Notes under the pieces: model-generated
The model's input: only the letters and a program-made list of their open reading frames with translations
Database searches by the model: none
Told to the model about the DNA's origin: nothing
Program-made: the position numbers and the translations under genes
Shown here: positions 26,131-39,300 of the stretch, piece after piece
How the letters are laid out: the number at the start of each line of letters is the position of its first letter
Numbering within the stretch: position 1 is the stretch's first letter
Assembly: GCA_000708835.1 (NCBI GenBank)
Contig: DF237368.1
Location: forward strand, 1-64,000
Length of the DNA stretch: 64,000 nucleotides
Direction of reading: 5' to 3'
Source of the DNA: Klebsormidium nitens
Taxonomy: Eukaryota > Plantae > Klebsormidiophyceae

Positions 26131-27867
26131 TTAAACTCCCTGCCTGAAGGCTAAAGGCGCAAAGACGTAGCGATCCGGGCTTGGATTCGGAATGTGCACG
26201 ACTCGGAAAAGAAAGACAATTCCGATTTCAGAGGAGCAGGAATGGCCCCGACTCCAGAGACAAGTCGCCCTGATCATTCTCGCGGCCGCGCTGCGCTATC
26301 CGAAGCCGCGACGGCCGGCTTTTGGTATATAGTTGAACTTTGTGCGCGCGCCCATGGTGACAGGTTGACGGTTGGGATGCACCTCGCAACATCATCACCC
26401 AGTACTCAAGACAGCTCCATGTGTGCACTGCGTGGCTCCGACTCGAAGCTACAGTCCTGTGTAGACAGAACATACATACCCACAGCACTGGTGCGTCAAC
26501 TGAGCATGACGTCATGAGGTACAGTTCTCGTACAGTACCTACAAGAATCGGACGGCAGTGCTACTGCATGCCGTCATGACGCACTGAGAGTACTGAGCTT
26601 CGCAGCTGCTCGGCCAGCATGTGCCCAGTTTCCATGTGGGCAAAGCAGTGATCGAGAAATCCTGGCAATGACTCGAGCCATCGTCGAGAGAATCTGGGAA
26701 GTCAATGACAAAGGTTAGCTGAGGGCAATGATGATGCCATGAATCATGATGACTCTCAGAGGACAACTTTGAAAGGCTAGGCGTCATTTTGCACTGCAGG
26801 CTGGCCGGGCAAAGAGGGGGAATGGTTCCTTACATAGCAATGGCGAGCCCGTTGGCGTCCGTCAATTGTCGACCATCAGAAGAGATCCGCAATCGGATAG
26901 CCTTCTGCGCAGAGAATCATAAGTTTTAGTTGCACGACCCATAGCAGGTAATGCATGGGAATCCCGTGCATGTACATCAGCCTTTTGAGATGGGTTCCAG
27001 ATAGTTGTTCGGAGGGATGGAGGAGACGCCTGTGATGCTTCCGCCCGGGCCATGTTTGCCTGCAGGCTGACCAGAAAGGGACGGGAAAGGGACTCGTCAG
27101 TGTCTGCTCTTCGGGTACTGCTGGGTCCTGAGGTAGTTGCCCGTGTGGAGGAAGGGCACAAGCTTGGCAGCATTGAGTCCATCAGAAAAGAGCAAGCCCA
27201 TTATTGATGTCTGTAGATATGTAAAGCAGAACGGGGTCGAAATCATGGTTCATAGACCGCATGTGTAATGTCGTCACAATAAGAATTACTCAGCCTAGGA
27301 ATCATCCCGAGCGCGGCCTTCAAAGGAGTATGTTGGCAGCAGCTATTGCAATCAAAGGATGCCGGCGACGTCGGGCTAGGTCAGAGGAAGGTCAGGTTGA
27401 GCTGTGCTGACAGGCATCAAGAGTTTGAAAGTCGCGATTCTAAACAAGCGGGGGAATTCATGAGCTCAAAGACCACAAGGAGCGGAAAGCGTTTCCTTTT
27501 TCGTAAAAGGAGGCCCCAATCACTGCCAAGGACAATTGCAGGAGGAAGTGGTACGGAGCTTTTGCTGAAAAGGGTGCGTTTGGCTGGGCGATCGTCAAAG
27601 AGTTGCCAACTGGCACGACATCGGTCGGACAAGGGGGCCAGCCGCCACAAAATAGCTCTCGGAGCCTAACCATAACAACAAGCTAGAAAGAGCTTTCGAA
27701 AAAGGTTCCTGGTGCTGTAAGCAACTAGAGGCGCATTGGGTACCTTCAACAGCTAAATAGTTGGTAACGTCTCAGGTCTGCGGGACAGTAGAAGAGCTTT
27801 CCAAGGGCTCGAGGTCGCAGCGGAAACGCCGTGAACGGTGACTACAAATCAATCGATTGCTGGCGCC

Positions 27868-28135
27868 GGGCAGCTTCGGCTTCTTAAGCAGTGGTCCCGG
27901 GAGACTTGGGTTAATCAAAACGGTGTTCCGGGAGACCTTCGGGTTACCTAAACGGTGTGGTTGGGAGCTTCCGGTTATCTTAACGGTAGGGGCGGTGAGC
28001 TTCGAGTTATCTAAACGGTAACGCCGGGGGGGGAGCTTCGGGTTATTAAACGGTAGGCGGTGGGGAGCTTCAAGTAATTAAACCGGGGGCAGAGCTTCGG
28101 GTTACTAAAACGAGAGGAGGTGGGGAGATTTGGGT
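27868..28135 (+). repeat. Degenerate tandem array of ~8-9 units (~28-35 bp), core GGGAGCTTCGGGTTATCTAAACGGT, directly upstream of the CFAP97-like start codon
   Basis: AACGGT at 27919, 27951, 27982, 28014 and 28049, with variants at 28081 and 28109; short G-rich variable linkers separate the cores. Confidence 0.9.
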
Positions 28136-28164
28136 TGTCTACACAGCCGGCTGCGGCAGCTGCG

Positions 28165-31100
28165 ATGGCCCCGTCCAAAGGCATCCGGCCGCTGGGCATG
28201 CAGAGGAACAACAGCGAAATTCCGGTGAGTACTCGAGCTCGACTTTAGTACGCGCTACCGATCGACGAGTGAAGTTTTCGAGCTTTGCATTTTGCACTAT
28301 TGGGGAACGGATGCACTGGGCTGTGTACTTTGAGATTATTGGAACGGGCGCATTGGGCTGCTTTGTCGAGCCAGGATATTGTAGTGGATAGTAGTGGGTG
28401 AGACATGGGGTGGGAAAGGGTCACCTTTTCCGAAGATGCAGGAAAGCGGTTGCTATATATATGCGATGCACTAGGGTCTGTTTGTTGGGGAACGGCGGTC
28501 CGATGAAGCTCAGAAGCGTGGATGATGACGAGGAGCTTTGTTGAGAGCTGTCGGACGGACACGAGTCGCTGACTAGAGATGGTTTGTGGCGTCCGAATTT
28601 TGACGTTCCTTGGACGTCTCTTCGGGAAGCCCACAATCAGTAGCTCGAGAACGTCTCAAATAAGACTTCGTTCGAAAGCGCAGCCCTTGTCCTTCAACGT
28701 TCACGAATCTCTAGAAGTCAAGCGTACTCAGCGGCCTGCTTTAACACACTTTCCAACAGCCGTTTTCATCTCGTTGACGTTGCCGCCTGAGCTCGTTACT
28801 GCGCTGGTTGCAGGCCCCCAACAAGATTCTGGAGCAGCGGGAGCTCGAAAAGCAGAAGGTGAAGCCACCGTTCTTTGCCCAAAGCGAAAAGCCAAGCCAC
28901 GTGTGGATCTAAGTGGATCTGAACAGACTTGCGAGTTTCTTTAGAAAGCTAGGCGTGTACGGATTGCTAAGCAACCAAGTAAATTGGGAATCAGTACCTC
29001 GTCAGATGCGCTCGTGGGCTGCCCCCATCTTCTTTTTTCAAATAATGTTCTGTCCGTTGTCAGAATCTTCAGCACTGTCAGATGAGCTTACCCATCTTGC
29101 AAGATGGCTTTTGCCTTAATGGTGAGGTAGGACGAGGACATTTTGAGCTAGATACCGAGAACGACACGGGCCACGTGCATCTCCTCGCTCCAATACCTTG
29201 CATCCGCAGCAATCCTAGCCGCCCAAACTGACGATACAGTCAAGCTCAGAGCTTGCTAGATACCTGGCATCAGGCTGACTTGTGCAGCTGTGCTACGAGA
29301 AGGAAACGGGCCACGTGAAGATTCTGGTCAGCTCTGTTTTCATTTCTCCAGCCGTGGCGATTCTGCCACTCTGTCTAGAGTGATCCACCTCATGGGCGCT
29401 GACGTTGCGCTGACGTGTGCAGCGGCACCACGAGAAGCGGCTGATCCAACGAAGACTGGCCCTCGCAATCGCTCTCCATTTCACTCATAGGTATCAGTCT
29501 TATTTGGCTGGAGTTGACTGCGACTGGGTTATAGGCTCTAACGTCGTGCTGACGTGTGCAGCGGCACCACGAGGAGCGGCTGAGCCACGTGAAGAGTACG
29601 AGCCAGACGAACGCGCGCAAGCGCCTGGACAACACCGTGCCCATGACCAGCTTATTGCTGCTGCCCGACCATAAGAAGCTGCTGCGGGAGACGAGTGAGG
29701 GCCCGCCACGTGGCACTCAATTATTGGCTCCGCTTCGGAAAAGCGACGTGATGACTATCTTTGGCATTCTTCGTTTCAGGCAGTTAGCTACAGGAATTGC
29801 GTGAACGAACCAAGTCTGCGTTTTGAAGCATCTTCTTTACGGCAAACCTCTTCGGAGACTCGCAGCAAGTAACGGCCACTAGAAACCCGGTAAAGTTTCC
29901 AGCTTAGGAATCCTGATCCTGATGGTTCGAGCTTTTGCACTGATGTACCGTCCGGTTAACCGCTGGGTTTGGTGAGTACTTTGATGTAAACGGGAAAGCA
30001 CTTCGAGCTTTCGTTCCTTAAAGACCGTTTCTTGCAAACGTTTTGTCGCTTAATTTGTTCTTCGCTCTCCTGGATGGAACCCGAGAAAGAACGACGACGC
30101 ATCGAGATTATATTCGCCCTTCTGGCAGGGCCCTCCGCTATGCTGTTCTTTGATGAGCTTTTGTTGACCCTCTCCTGAGCTACCTCAAGCCAAGTGTGAG
30201 AGCTACTCCAACTTCCAACTAACCTTCTTTTGCAGGCCGGTTAACGGCTATCGAGTACGAGAACGGCCAACTGTTAGAAAAGCTAAGCACCATCGCAAAG
30301 TCCGGCGCGAGGTTAGCGCCCGACGGATCGGTCCGGCCCGGAACGGCCCTTGGTAACAGCGGAACCGGAAGCAAGTGGCCGTCAAAAGAGAAGGGGCGCC
30401 CCGCGTCAGCGATCGAGGGAGGGCTCAATCAGAAGGCGAGGAAAATGGAGAAAGAGACAATTGCGAGGGAAAATGAGGTAATATAGGATTGGCAGAAGCC
30501 TGGGACCAAGCTTTGTTGAGTGTTCGAGTTGAGATAATTGCGTAAGTCGAGCTTTCACGAGACAGGAATACAGTAGATGGATGTACAAAAAGTCGGATTG
30601 AGACAGATCGAAGAAAGCGACTAAGCTTGCATTTCGAGATCTCGGTTGACGTCCTTCTAAAGATGCATGAAATCTGTCAGCAAGTTCTGGTCAATCTTTG
30701 GAAGCATGGTGCACAGCATTGACTTCACAAGAAGAAAGCACAGGATAGAAGTCAAATTGGAAGCACGCAGAGGCTGCACTTGCAATAAGAACACGCTCAG
30801 TTAGTCCTGCGGGATTTCCCAGCTTTCTCAATGAGACAAACCCTTCGAAGACAAAGTGACAGACGACCAATATATCCCGAATATCTCTTTTTCCCAGGTT
30901 CTGTTGCACCGGTTGCTCAACGCCCGGGGCAAATACCGCCGGGCCGAGTGGCAGGAGCACGAGCGCCTCCACCGGTTACGGATGACCCAAGTCTCCCGGT
31001 ACGGTTCCCCGACCCGATTGCACAAAACCCAAATCCAAACCCAAAGTCAAACCCCAAACCCCAGACCTCCCTCCCGGTATGGATCCCCGACCCCGCCTTC

Positions 31101-31929
31101 GCGGCTCGGGGTTTTGAAGTCGCTGTCGCGGCCGGCTTCTCCCGAGCCGCGGCCGCCTTCGCCGCTTTTAGAAAGGATGCTCGCGCCGTTGGGGGCGACC
31201 ACGATGCCCCAATCGCCGGAGGTTGGTCGCCCCAGACCGCCCGAGAAAGTGTTGCGGGTCCCCCGGTTGGACCTGACGGCGGCGATCGCGTATCAGGAGG
31301 GAGGGGGCAGCGCAGGAAACAGCGAGGAAAAGGTGAGTCGGAGAGTCGATCCATGACAGAGAGCAGGAGTCCGAAGGACGGACAGCTCTTTTATAGATAC
31401 TTGCAGAGGTGTCTACCTGTAGCAGAGATGCGGAGAAGCAGTATAATATCCTGTTCGATGATCTTGACAGATTGTTTCGGCGGTACAGGATTCAATTACT
31501 TTTCCAAGAAAGTGAAGCAGATGCAGGAAGTGAGCATGTTACGAAATCGTCGTCAGCTTGTCGAACGTTTCTCTGAGTAGAATCGTTACGCGCTGCTTCT
31601 GGCCTCAGTTTGAGTCGCTTGATCCGCCCCCTTCTCCGCAGGGTCTGAACGAGAGCCAGCCGCCCCAGAAAGCGTCCACCTCTAGTTACGGCGCGCCCCA
31701 AGCAGTGCCCGGGGGTTCGAAGAATCGCCCACACACGGCGATGCCCTTTGCCAGTAAGAATCTGCAGTACGTCCCTAGTCCGGTGGATAGCGACACGGAA
31801 AGCGAATCAGACTACTCAGAAAGGTTTACGGACGAAAGTAGTGTTAATGCGCGCGAAACAAAGGACGCGGCGCGGCCGCCTGTCCGGAAAGTCCGGATAG
31901 CCAAACAGGAACGGACTTGGGTCACGTGA
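28165..31929 (+). CDS. CFAP97/Hemingway (KIAA1430)-domain cilia/flagella-associated protein; 6 exons: 28165-28224, 28814-28858, 29562-29694, 30236-30477, 30898-31332, 31642-31929
   Basis: Spliced product SEIP|APNKILEQRELEKQK|RHHEERLSHVKS...|RLTAIEYENGQLLEKL...GLNQKARKMEKETIARENE|VLLHRLLNARGKYRRAEWQEH aligns with recalled CFAP97D1 motifs ([38 protein letters not shown]). All exon lengths keep frame; low-complexity P/S/acidic tail. Confidence 0.75.
29150..29610 (+). repeat. Four diverged tandem copies (~135-140 bp) of the intron end plus start of CFAP97-like exon 3
   Basis: CTGAC(G/T)TGTGCAG acceptors end at 29287, 29422 and 29561; ACGGGCCACGTG / GAGCCACGTG recurs near 29166, 29306 and 29583. 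Confidence 0.8.
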
Positions 31930-33313
31930 GTACATTGATGTTCCTGTTACATAAAAGCTAGAAGCGCTCGCGTCTGTAGAATTGCTTTTAGTGCTGGATA
32001 AGGAGACCGATTCTCCAAAACGTCAAATGAATTGTAGAAGGGAAGCTTAGTAATCAATCATAGTCAATGTATAACCTATAGGTTGCAGGTTGTCAAGTGT
32101 CAGGGCACAAACAGAGTAACTAGCTGTTTCAATCTAGCCAGCATTCATGGTGACCTGTGTGCAGATACCGATATTGCAATGCTGCATGTTTCACATGCGT
32201 GTCATGCGGCTGCATTAAAGAATAGATGAACGGTTTTTTCAGATTCCACGGCGGGCCCGCAGCTCTGACTCAAGTATCGCGTTCATGTGCGACTCCAACG
32301 ATGATATCCTCTGCAGATATCGCGGTGGTTCCGAGTACGTCAGATTAAGTACGTCACATGCATGGCTATATTATCGAATCAGCTGGCACATGCCGAAATC
32401 GGCCTACTAAGCTATTATGTAGTCCGGGCGGCCGCCGTACGTTTTGAGGGAATCTGCAAGCCTATAGTGAATAATCGGCGCATTCACCAATTAAGTATTG
32501 CATGCTAAGTTCGTCATGCACATGTTACAAAGTCAGTAAAAGTCATAGCCCATGAGTATCCTATATAAGTCTCAGTGGCCGCGGCCGCCGGTTCAACTTC
32601 GGATGTCACAACCCTTGAGTCTCCAATTGTACGGTATGGAGGTGGAACTTGAATGACGAATATATTCGTCATAGACTCGATGGCATTGATTCGATTATCC
32701 ATGCAAGCGTGAATGACCATGCTTCCTGCAAGAAATGATCACGAAGGACTGCCTCAATACTTGACTCGTAGTGCTGCAATAACTGAGAAACTATCGTATG
32801 ACTATCGACTCTCCCAGTAATGGTTGACACAACGACCACGCGTCCAAGGCTGTTATGTCGAAGAAAGCTGAGCTCGTCGGTGTTCACAACTGTGACATAT
32901 GGATGCCGAAATGATCATGCGCGGAAACGAGCCCTCTGTATGCAAAGCTAATTTCCTAGTTATTGTCTCCGACCAATTCCTCGGACACTTGTGGTTTACA
33001 GCTTGCTAAGTGAATACAGTGCGAGCTCACAACACACAAATCCTCTGAAAGTGTCATTTGGAAGTACTCTAAACTCTTGCTTTTGCACCAACTGACTCTG
33101 CTCTCGTTCCGCCCGACAACCTTCCCCTAAGGTGGCTCGCAGACAAGACAACAGGTCTTCGTAGTGCTGGCATTTCTATCAAATGGTCAGCTCATCAGAC
33201 GCAATCTGCGGATCCTGGATAGGCGTGCTTATGAGGACCCGCGAAATCGATATGGCACGCTCCGAATCGTTGACAGTCGCTTAGGTCAATCAAGACCATG
33301 CTCGTTTGCATAT

Positions 33314-36300
33314 TCAGTGAATCTTAGGCCGCTTCGCAGCAACTGGTACGTCTGCTGCGCAATCGCCCTGGCACGCTGGCGTGTCTCCACCATGGTTGAA
33401 TGCAACCGGCTGCAAGCAGGGTGGACGCACCTTTGTAGAAAGGTCACTACAAAGACTGATAGTAAAGCACCCCTTTCTAATTGAAAACAGGATAGATGTT
33501 CGCAGTCTCGGTTTGTGTTCAGGTCAAAGAGCGGATCTCACAAAAATGTGTTGAGAATTACGGACCCACCCGCTAGAAAAGGGTCATATTATTGCTGAAA
33601 TTCGTGACTTGAAAAGTGCCTCGCTCCAAGCGAGCAAAATGCGTCTTGGACGTACGCAAAGCGGATCGTATGAGCTTTGCATAAGGGGGGATCCGAAGCA
33701 TCTTATACGAGAGATGTCTGTCCAGGAAAACTGCAAGGGCAGGCTCACCGGTCGCTCAGGGACGATTGCGTATCTCTCCGCAGGAGTCGCCAAGGCTGCA
33801 GAAAACAGAGGCCAATTCAGCTGCGAGTAACAACACCTTCCCAGAATCGGAAAGCCGAAGCAGAACCCCGAAACCAAAACATCCCCTCAAGCGAGCTGTC
33901 CACATCATCCCCGAACAAAAGCTCACACACGAACAGTGTTCCACAAAAAACTCTGTGTTTCTTCGAGATCAATTGCAGTCAAGACCGCCAAACCAGGACC
34001 CTCGATAACAAATCCCCTCAACCATTACCGCCCGAAAGAGAACCCCGAACCACAGAGGTCCTTTCAGGAAACCCTCCCTCCACGCCAATCTCGTATCAAT
34101 CCCCTCGAAGTAGACCATTGCACACTTGCATCAGCCTTGCCCTTGAATGCGGCCACAGGACCGCTTCAGACCCTCCCAAACAAGACCCTCAACCAAACCC
34201 CTCCACAGCAGAACCCCAAAGCAGACCCCCAAGGTGGCACCTTTCCGGAAGCGCCAACTATTCGCCACCCACCAGACACTAGCACGAAAACGGAAACAAG
34301 CAACCAGCACGAAAACGGTAACCAGGCACTAGCCGTCCCGGAGCCAAGCGAATGGGGCCCTAACAGCCCGTCCAAAAAAGACACTCAGGCGGACCGCAGA
34401 GGGACGACCAAGAATCGCAGCGCTGCCGTTCAGATTTTGACGTCGAAGAATGAACGTCCGAGATCTTTTGTTTACACTTGGTTAGGCATGGTTTATTTGA
34501 ACCTAGGTATCGAAACCGGTCCTACTAAAGTTAGCAACCCGCTGGCTAAACTTTGCAGACTGGAGTCCCTATATTTGAATCGGACGGTAGCGCTGCGATT
34601 TCGACCATCGCGAAGTTCTGCGGTCCGCCTGCACTGCGCACCTGCATCCGCGTTGAACTTGGAGAAGGCGAGGCCCCGTGCGGCCTGCCCGTCCTTGCTG
34701 AGCGCCTCGAGCCGCTTGGGGACACTGCGGTCGACGTTGTCCCCGTGCCCGAGCTGACCGCTCGTGCCGCGGCCCCACGTGTACACGTTCCCGGCCTCCG
34801 TTATGCACGCCGTGTGCCGCCAGCCGCACGCCACCGACATTACGCGCTGCGACAGAACAAGAGGGGGTGGCGCGTTTATTTTTATGATATCCTTCTATCT
34901 TCTCGAAGAGATCTGGGTTGTTCTTCAAGGGAGAGACGAACGCAGGGACAAAGTACACAACTCGATTACGCGACGAGATTCGATGTTTTCACAGCGAAGT
35001 ATTGCTTCCGTGCAGAAATCCAGAAGCTGGGCCGTCTTACCTCATGCTCCATACCCTTGACCAGTGCCGGCAAGTTGTGGTCAACGTTGTCTCCGGCGCC
35101 AACTTGACCAAACTGTAGAAGCGGGCGGTCCAATCAGTGAGAAGCAGCCGGACATTTGTAAAGGCGGCTTTTAGAGCGGGCATGAAAACAGGCAAATCCG
35201 TTCCACTATCGCATGTCCAGGATCGAGACCGATGGAAATCGGACGCCGTCGAACTCTACGGGCTGGCGTCCCTCGGATCTCGCTGCCCACATGGGGACCG
35301 CAACGTACTCAAATTTATTATTTATTTTTAAAGATAATTCAGCGGAATAATTTAGCGGAATGATTTGGCGGAGACGTATTTATTCAAAATTTTAATTCAT
35401 ATACTTATATTTGTATATAACAGAGAGACGTATTCAAAGGGACAAATTACACCGTTGGTTGAGGAACTCGGGCGACTCTGGTCGAGCATCTGCCTGTGGT
35501 TCGTGCGCTTCTCTACTTACAACTGCATGTCAAATGTTTTTCTGTCGATCAGACAGCCATTCTGCCACTAGAGCAATTCAACCCACTCGTTGGAAAGACA
35601 GGGCGAATGCTTGGGCCTCACAGTCTGCAGGGGCTCGCATGACAACGATACTTATAGAGAACCTGGTTGCTCAAAAGGACCCCCGACGAAGAAAAGGAAG
35701 AGATCACACGAGGGGAGGGAACCAATATCAGATCGGCTGCCTACCTTGTTCCATCCCCACGCATACAGCCTGCCGTCGGAGTCGAGGGCCACGGTATGCC
35801 TCCATCCGCCAGCAATCTGCATAAAGAGCAAGCGATCCTCACGTTGGCTTCCGGATCGAAACTTCGTCAATAGAAACCTCTTAGAGCCGATATTCATTTT
35901 GAAAAGAGGGATGAAATTGCTGAAAGCAACAGCGGCCGTCTCGTCTTCCGAGCTGGCGGAGGAGCGCCTGGAAGTATAGAAGCACTTGGACCTGTGCGCG
36001 TCCTGCCATCTTCTTTTCACCTCCCAAAGTCCAGTCAATCCCAGGCTCACAATGGTCCTTTAGCATCGATTTCATGCTGCTCATTACAGGCGCAGACTGT
36101 GTATTGAGAAAACGATAGGCATAAGACAAATGGGTACTTCTTAGGCGCAGACCAAGTGGACACAGAGCTGTGACCCAAAAGAGCCGAGACCCTACTCTGG
36201 CCAAGGCATAGGGAAGCGGATCGCCCTGGTCGCCGCCTCGGGGCCTACATGGTTAATGTGCATGATTCGGTGACTCGGCCCCCCATCCGAGCGCGGAGGC

Positions 36301-39300
36301 TTTGAGTGTTGTCGTCTGAGATAACCAACCGGGAGAACGACCGGGATTGTGACCTGAAGCAGTAGAAGGTTACTGCCACGACTCTTCGATGTAGGATTAT
36401 CAAAGTTTCGGACCAACAAACTCCGAAACGGAAGCCGGATTCCTGACCCTCAAACATGACCTGCTCCGCACGCGCACCCACCCGAATCCACGAAAGTAAC
36501 CCCACCCGTCCCAGGCTAGCATCTTTCTAGCTTACTTTTCTTCATTTGTGAACTTTTTTGTTACTGCTGCCGCAACCACGCACCTGTCTGATCGTGTGCT
36601 CCTGGAGCGCCTCCACCCGGTGCGGCACCAGCTGGTCCTCCTCGTTGCCGTGCCCCAGCTGCCCGTACTTGCTCCACCCGAATGTGTACATGGCGCCCGA
36701 CTTGGCCACCACGATCGTGTGCCGCCAGCCGCAGGCGACCATCGTGGCTTGCTCGTGCTGGAAAGTAGAACAATTCAAACGACTCGGTAATGGAATTTGT
36801 GCAGGTTCAAAGGAATGGTGTAGGCGTGAGGTGTGTGCTCCCAGCCACAGGCGCTTACGTTGATTGCTCCTGCTAGAATTTGGATTCAGTGGCGGAACTT
36901 TCGCAGCTTTGCAGCGAGGGAGTGGGCGCTTTTTTTGTGCCGCCAGACTCAGGCGTATTTGGTGGCTTGCTTGTGCTGAAAGAACGCTAGCCGAGTAAGT
37001 CAGTACCCTAGCGGATGGTGTGGGCACTGAAGTGTGTGCAACCAACCGTAGGCGACCATCGTGACTTTCTCATGCTGACGGTTGCAGAAGCCAACGAGTC
37101 AAAAGCGGGGAATTTGCAGATTGGAAACAATGTGGATTAGTGACCGGGTTCTACGAAGCGGAGTCGCTTACATCGTCGATTCTTTGCAGCAAGGTGGATA
37201 GGCAATCTTTTTTGGAGCAGGACGGACTGAGATCCGGTTGACCAGAGTCACTGCGTGCTCTGCTTTGAGCATGTGTTGCTAGCCGATACAGGCAGGAACC
37301 TTTTTCTGAAGGCAACACATTTCTTGTCGTGCAGACCAATTCATGCGAGACATGACAGCGCCTGTTCGTGCATGCAGCAAAACGTTTATTGACGTAAGGT
37401 ACTGCAGGAACCGCTCTGTCTCTTGGTCGAGTTGTCTGCGCACTGGGTCTTGTTTGACACATTCCTGGAACAAGCAGATATCCGCTTTGTCAAGTTGCAG
37501 ATGACACAACCAAGAACACCACAGTTGCAGATAAGTCAAGTTGTTGCCTGCTTATGTTCATGACAGAGGCCAGCTTCGAGGCTTACCCCAATTGACATAG
37601 CCTGCTCCGGCACCAGTCGGTCATTCCTGTCGCCAAGCCCCAGGTTTCCGTACCGGCCCCACCCCCATCCGTACACTTTCCCGTCCTCCGTAACCGCGGC
37701 CGTATGCTCTGCGCCAGCTGCCACCATCAGAACCTTCTTTCCCTGTAGCAGAACCTTAAATGACTGAGTTACGCTTACAAACGCTTTCCACAGAGTTAAG
37801 CGATGTGGTCGAAGTCAATTGAATGACATGTATGGCACATGTTGAAAGCCTACTTTTGCTGTCTCCCTTTCCTTGACACCTTCTTTTCTCTGGAAAAACA
37901 ACCCTTGTAAGGAAAAACCTGTTCAGGTTTAACGCCAGGAACGGGAGGGACGACGAACTTCTCAAACAGATTATCGTGGCACTTTCTTCCAGACTCGGTC
38001 AGAAGCTATGGACAAGGGAGATCGAGTCCCAAAACTTGAAGGGGCTTACCTGGAATGCTTCCACAGCTTGCGGAACCAATCTGTCCTCTGTATGGCCCAG
38101 GCCTAGCTGGCCGTTCTGGTTGCGGCCCCAACTGCATACCAAGAACCGACAGCAGAGGAGTCAACTTCTTCCGCAAGAATTGTCAGATAAATGAGTGGTT
38201 GGCACAATGCTCGTGTCCCCCCAAGACAACACTGCTCCAGCGGCATGCCTAAAGCAACCAGACGAGGGGGTTCCATTGGGAACCATTCTCCTTTGAGTTG
38301 CTTCATTGGAAGACTTGGCTGTATCCAGTGCTTCAACCATAGCTGGTGCGCCACAGATTGATGGCCTGCTCCACTATCCTAATATTACAGGCAACCAAGA
38401 TTGCCAAGCTTCCCACAGAAAGCTCCTTGTCAATTTAAACTCTGGGCACTCAGTTCAGGCAGCGCTCAGTTTTGCTGGTCAATAAAAATTCTTCGCACAG
38501 ATATTGAAGTGGTCAACACGCAATGCAAGCATGGGCTGAAAGCAAAATGATTGAGACATGGTTCTGAACAAAGGCTTCTGGCAAGCTCACCTGCGAACCT
38601 CTCCGTCATTGACAATGGCAAGGCAGTGACAGTCGCCACAGGCGATCTGCCGAATCCTAAGACCGTACAAGGCCTTGATAGGATGGGGAACAAAGAGATC
38701 TGAGCTGTTCCCATGCCCTAACCGCCCAAAGTCACCCCTGCAGAAGAGAGATAGGGCTCAATGACTTGTTGGCAATTGCTCCTTGGGACTACATACGCTG
38801 ACCGAGAGAGCGACGAAGGGCAACCTCAACTGTAGCGTGACAGCTTTGCAGCATCAGAGATCCGTGGCCTTGTTCAAAAGCAGGCGTGGTCTACTTTCTT
38901 GTAGGGATTTGTTGAGGATTGTGTCAAATGCACGCTCACCATCCCCAACTATACACCATCTTCTTATTCTCCGTCCAGGCTGTGGTGTGGTCTGCCCCAC
39001 AATTGATCGCAGTGATCTCTGCATCCTTCAACGTCCCTATTATGACGGGAAGCGTCTGTTCCTCAGCATCACCGTGCCCCAACTGCCCGTCCTCCGCTCG
39101 GCCCCAGGATGCAACCACACCCCCCGCTGCATGGAGATGCAACCTTTCAGCATTTATCTAATGCGGCTAGCCTTCTGTTTGCTTCATGTTCTCAAGAGCA
39201 GCGCCAAAGCCTTGCCATGAACCTCCTACTTGAATGCTTTCGGCATCTGCTGGTTGGGCAAATGAAGGTGGTCAAAAATGTTAGTTCTGATATTTCATTC

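Noticed and set aside
26960-26990. In-frame TGA as selenocysteine (EPISKG*CTCT)
   Set aside because: More stops follow, no selenoprotein motif or SECIS is visible.
27868-28135. CRISPR-like repeat/spacer array
   Set aside because: Linkers are only ~2-10 bp, repeats are degenerate, no cas genes are present and the context is eukaryotic.
31020-31075. Telomere-like AAACCC runs (also 16200-16245 and 33860-34230)
   Set aside because: Irregular; two lie inside coding exons as P/Q/T-rich codons, and there is no tandem TTTAGGG array.
33677-34757. Long plus-strand ORFs (201 and 273 aa) inside UVR8
   Set aside because: Antisense to a UVR8 exon and a low-complexity intron; P/T/S/Q-rich with no recognisable domain.
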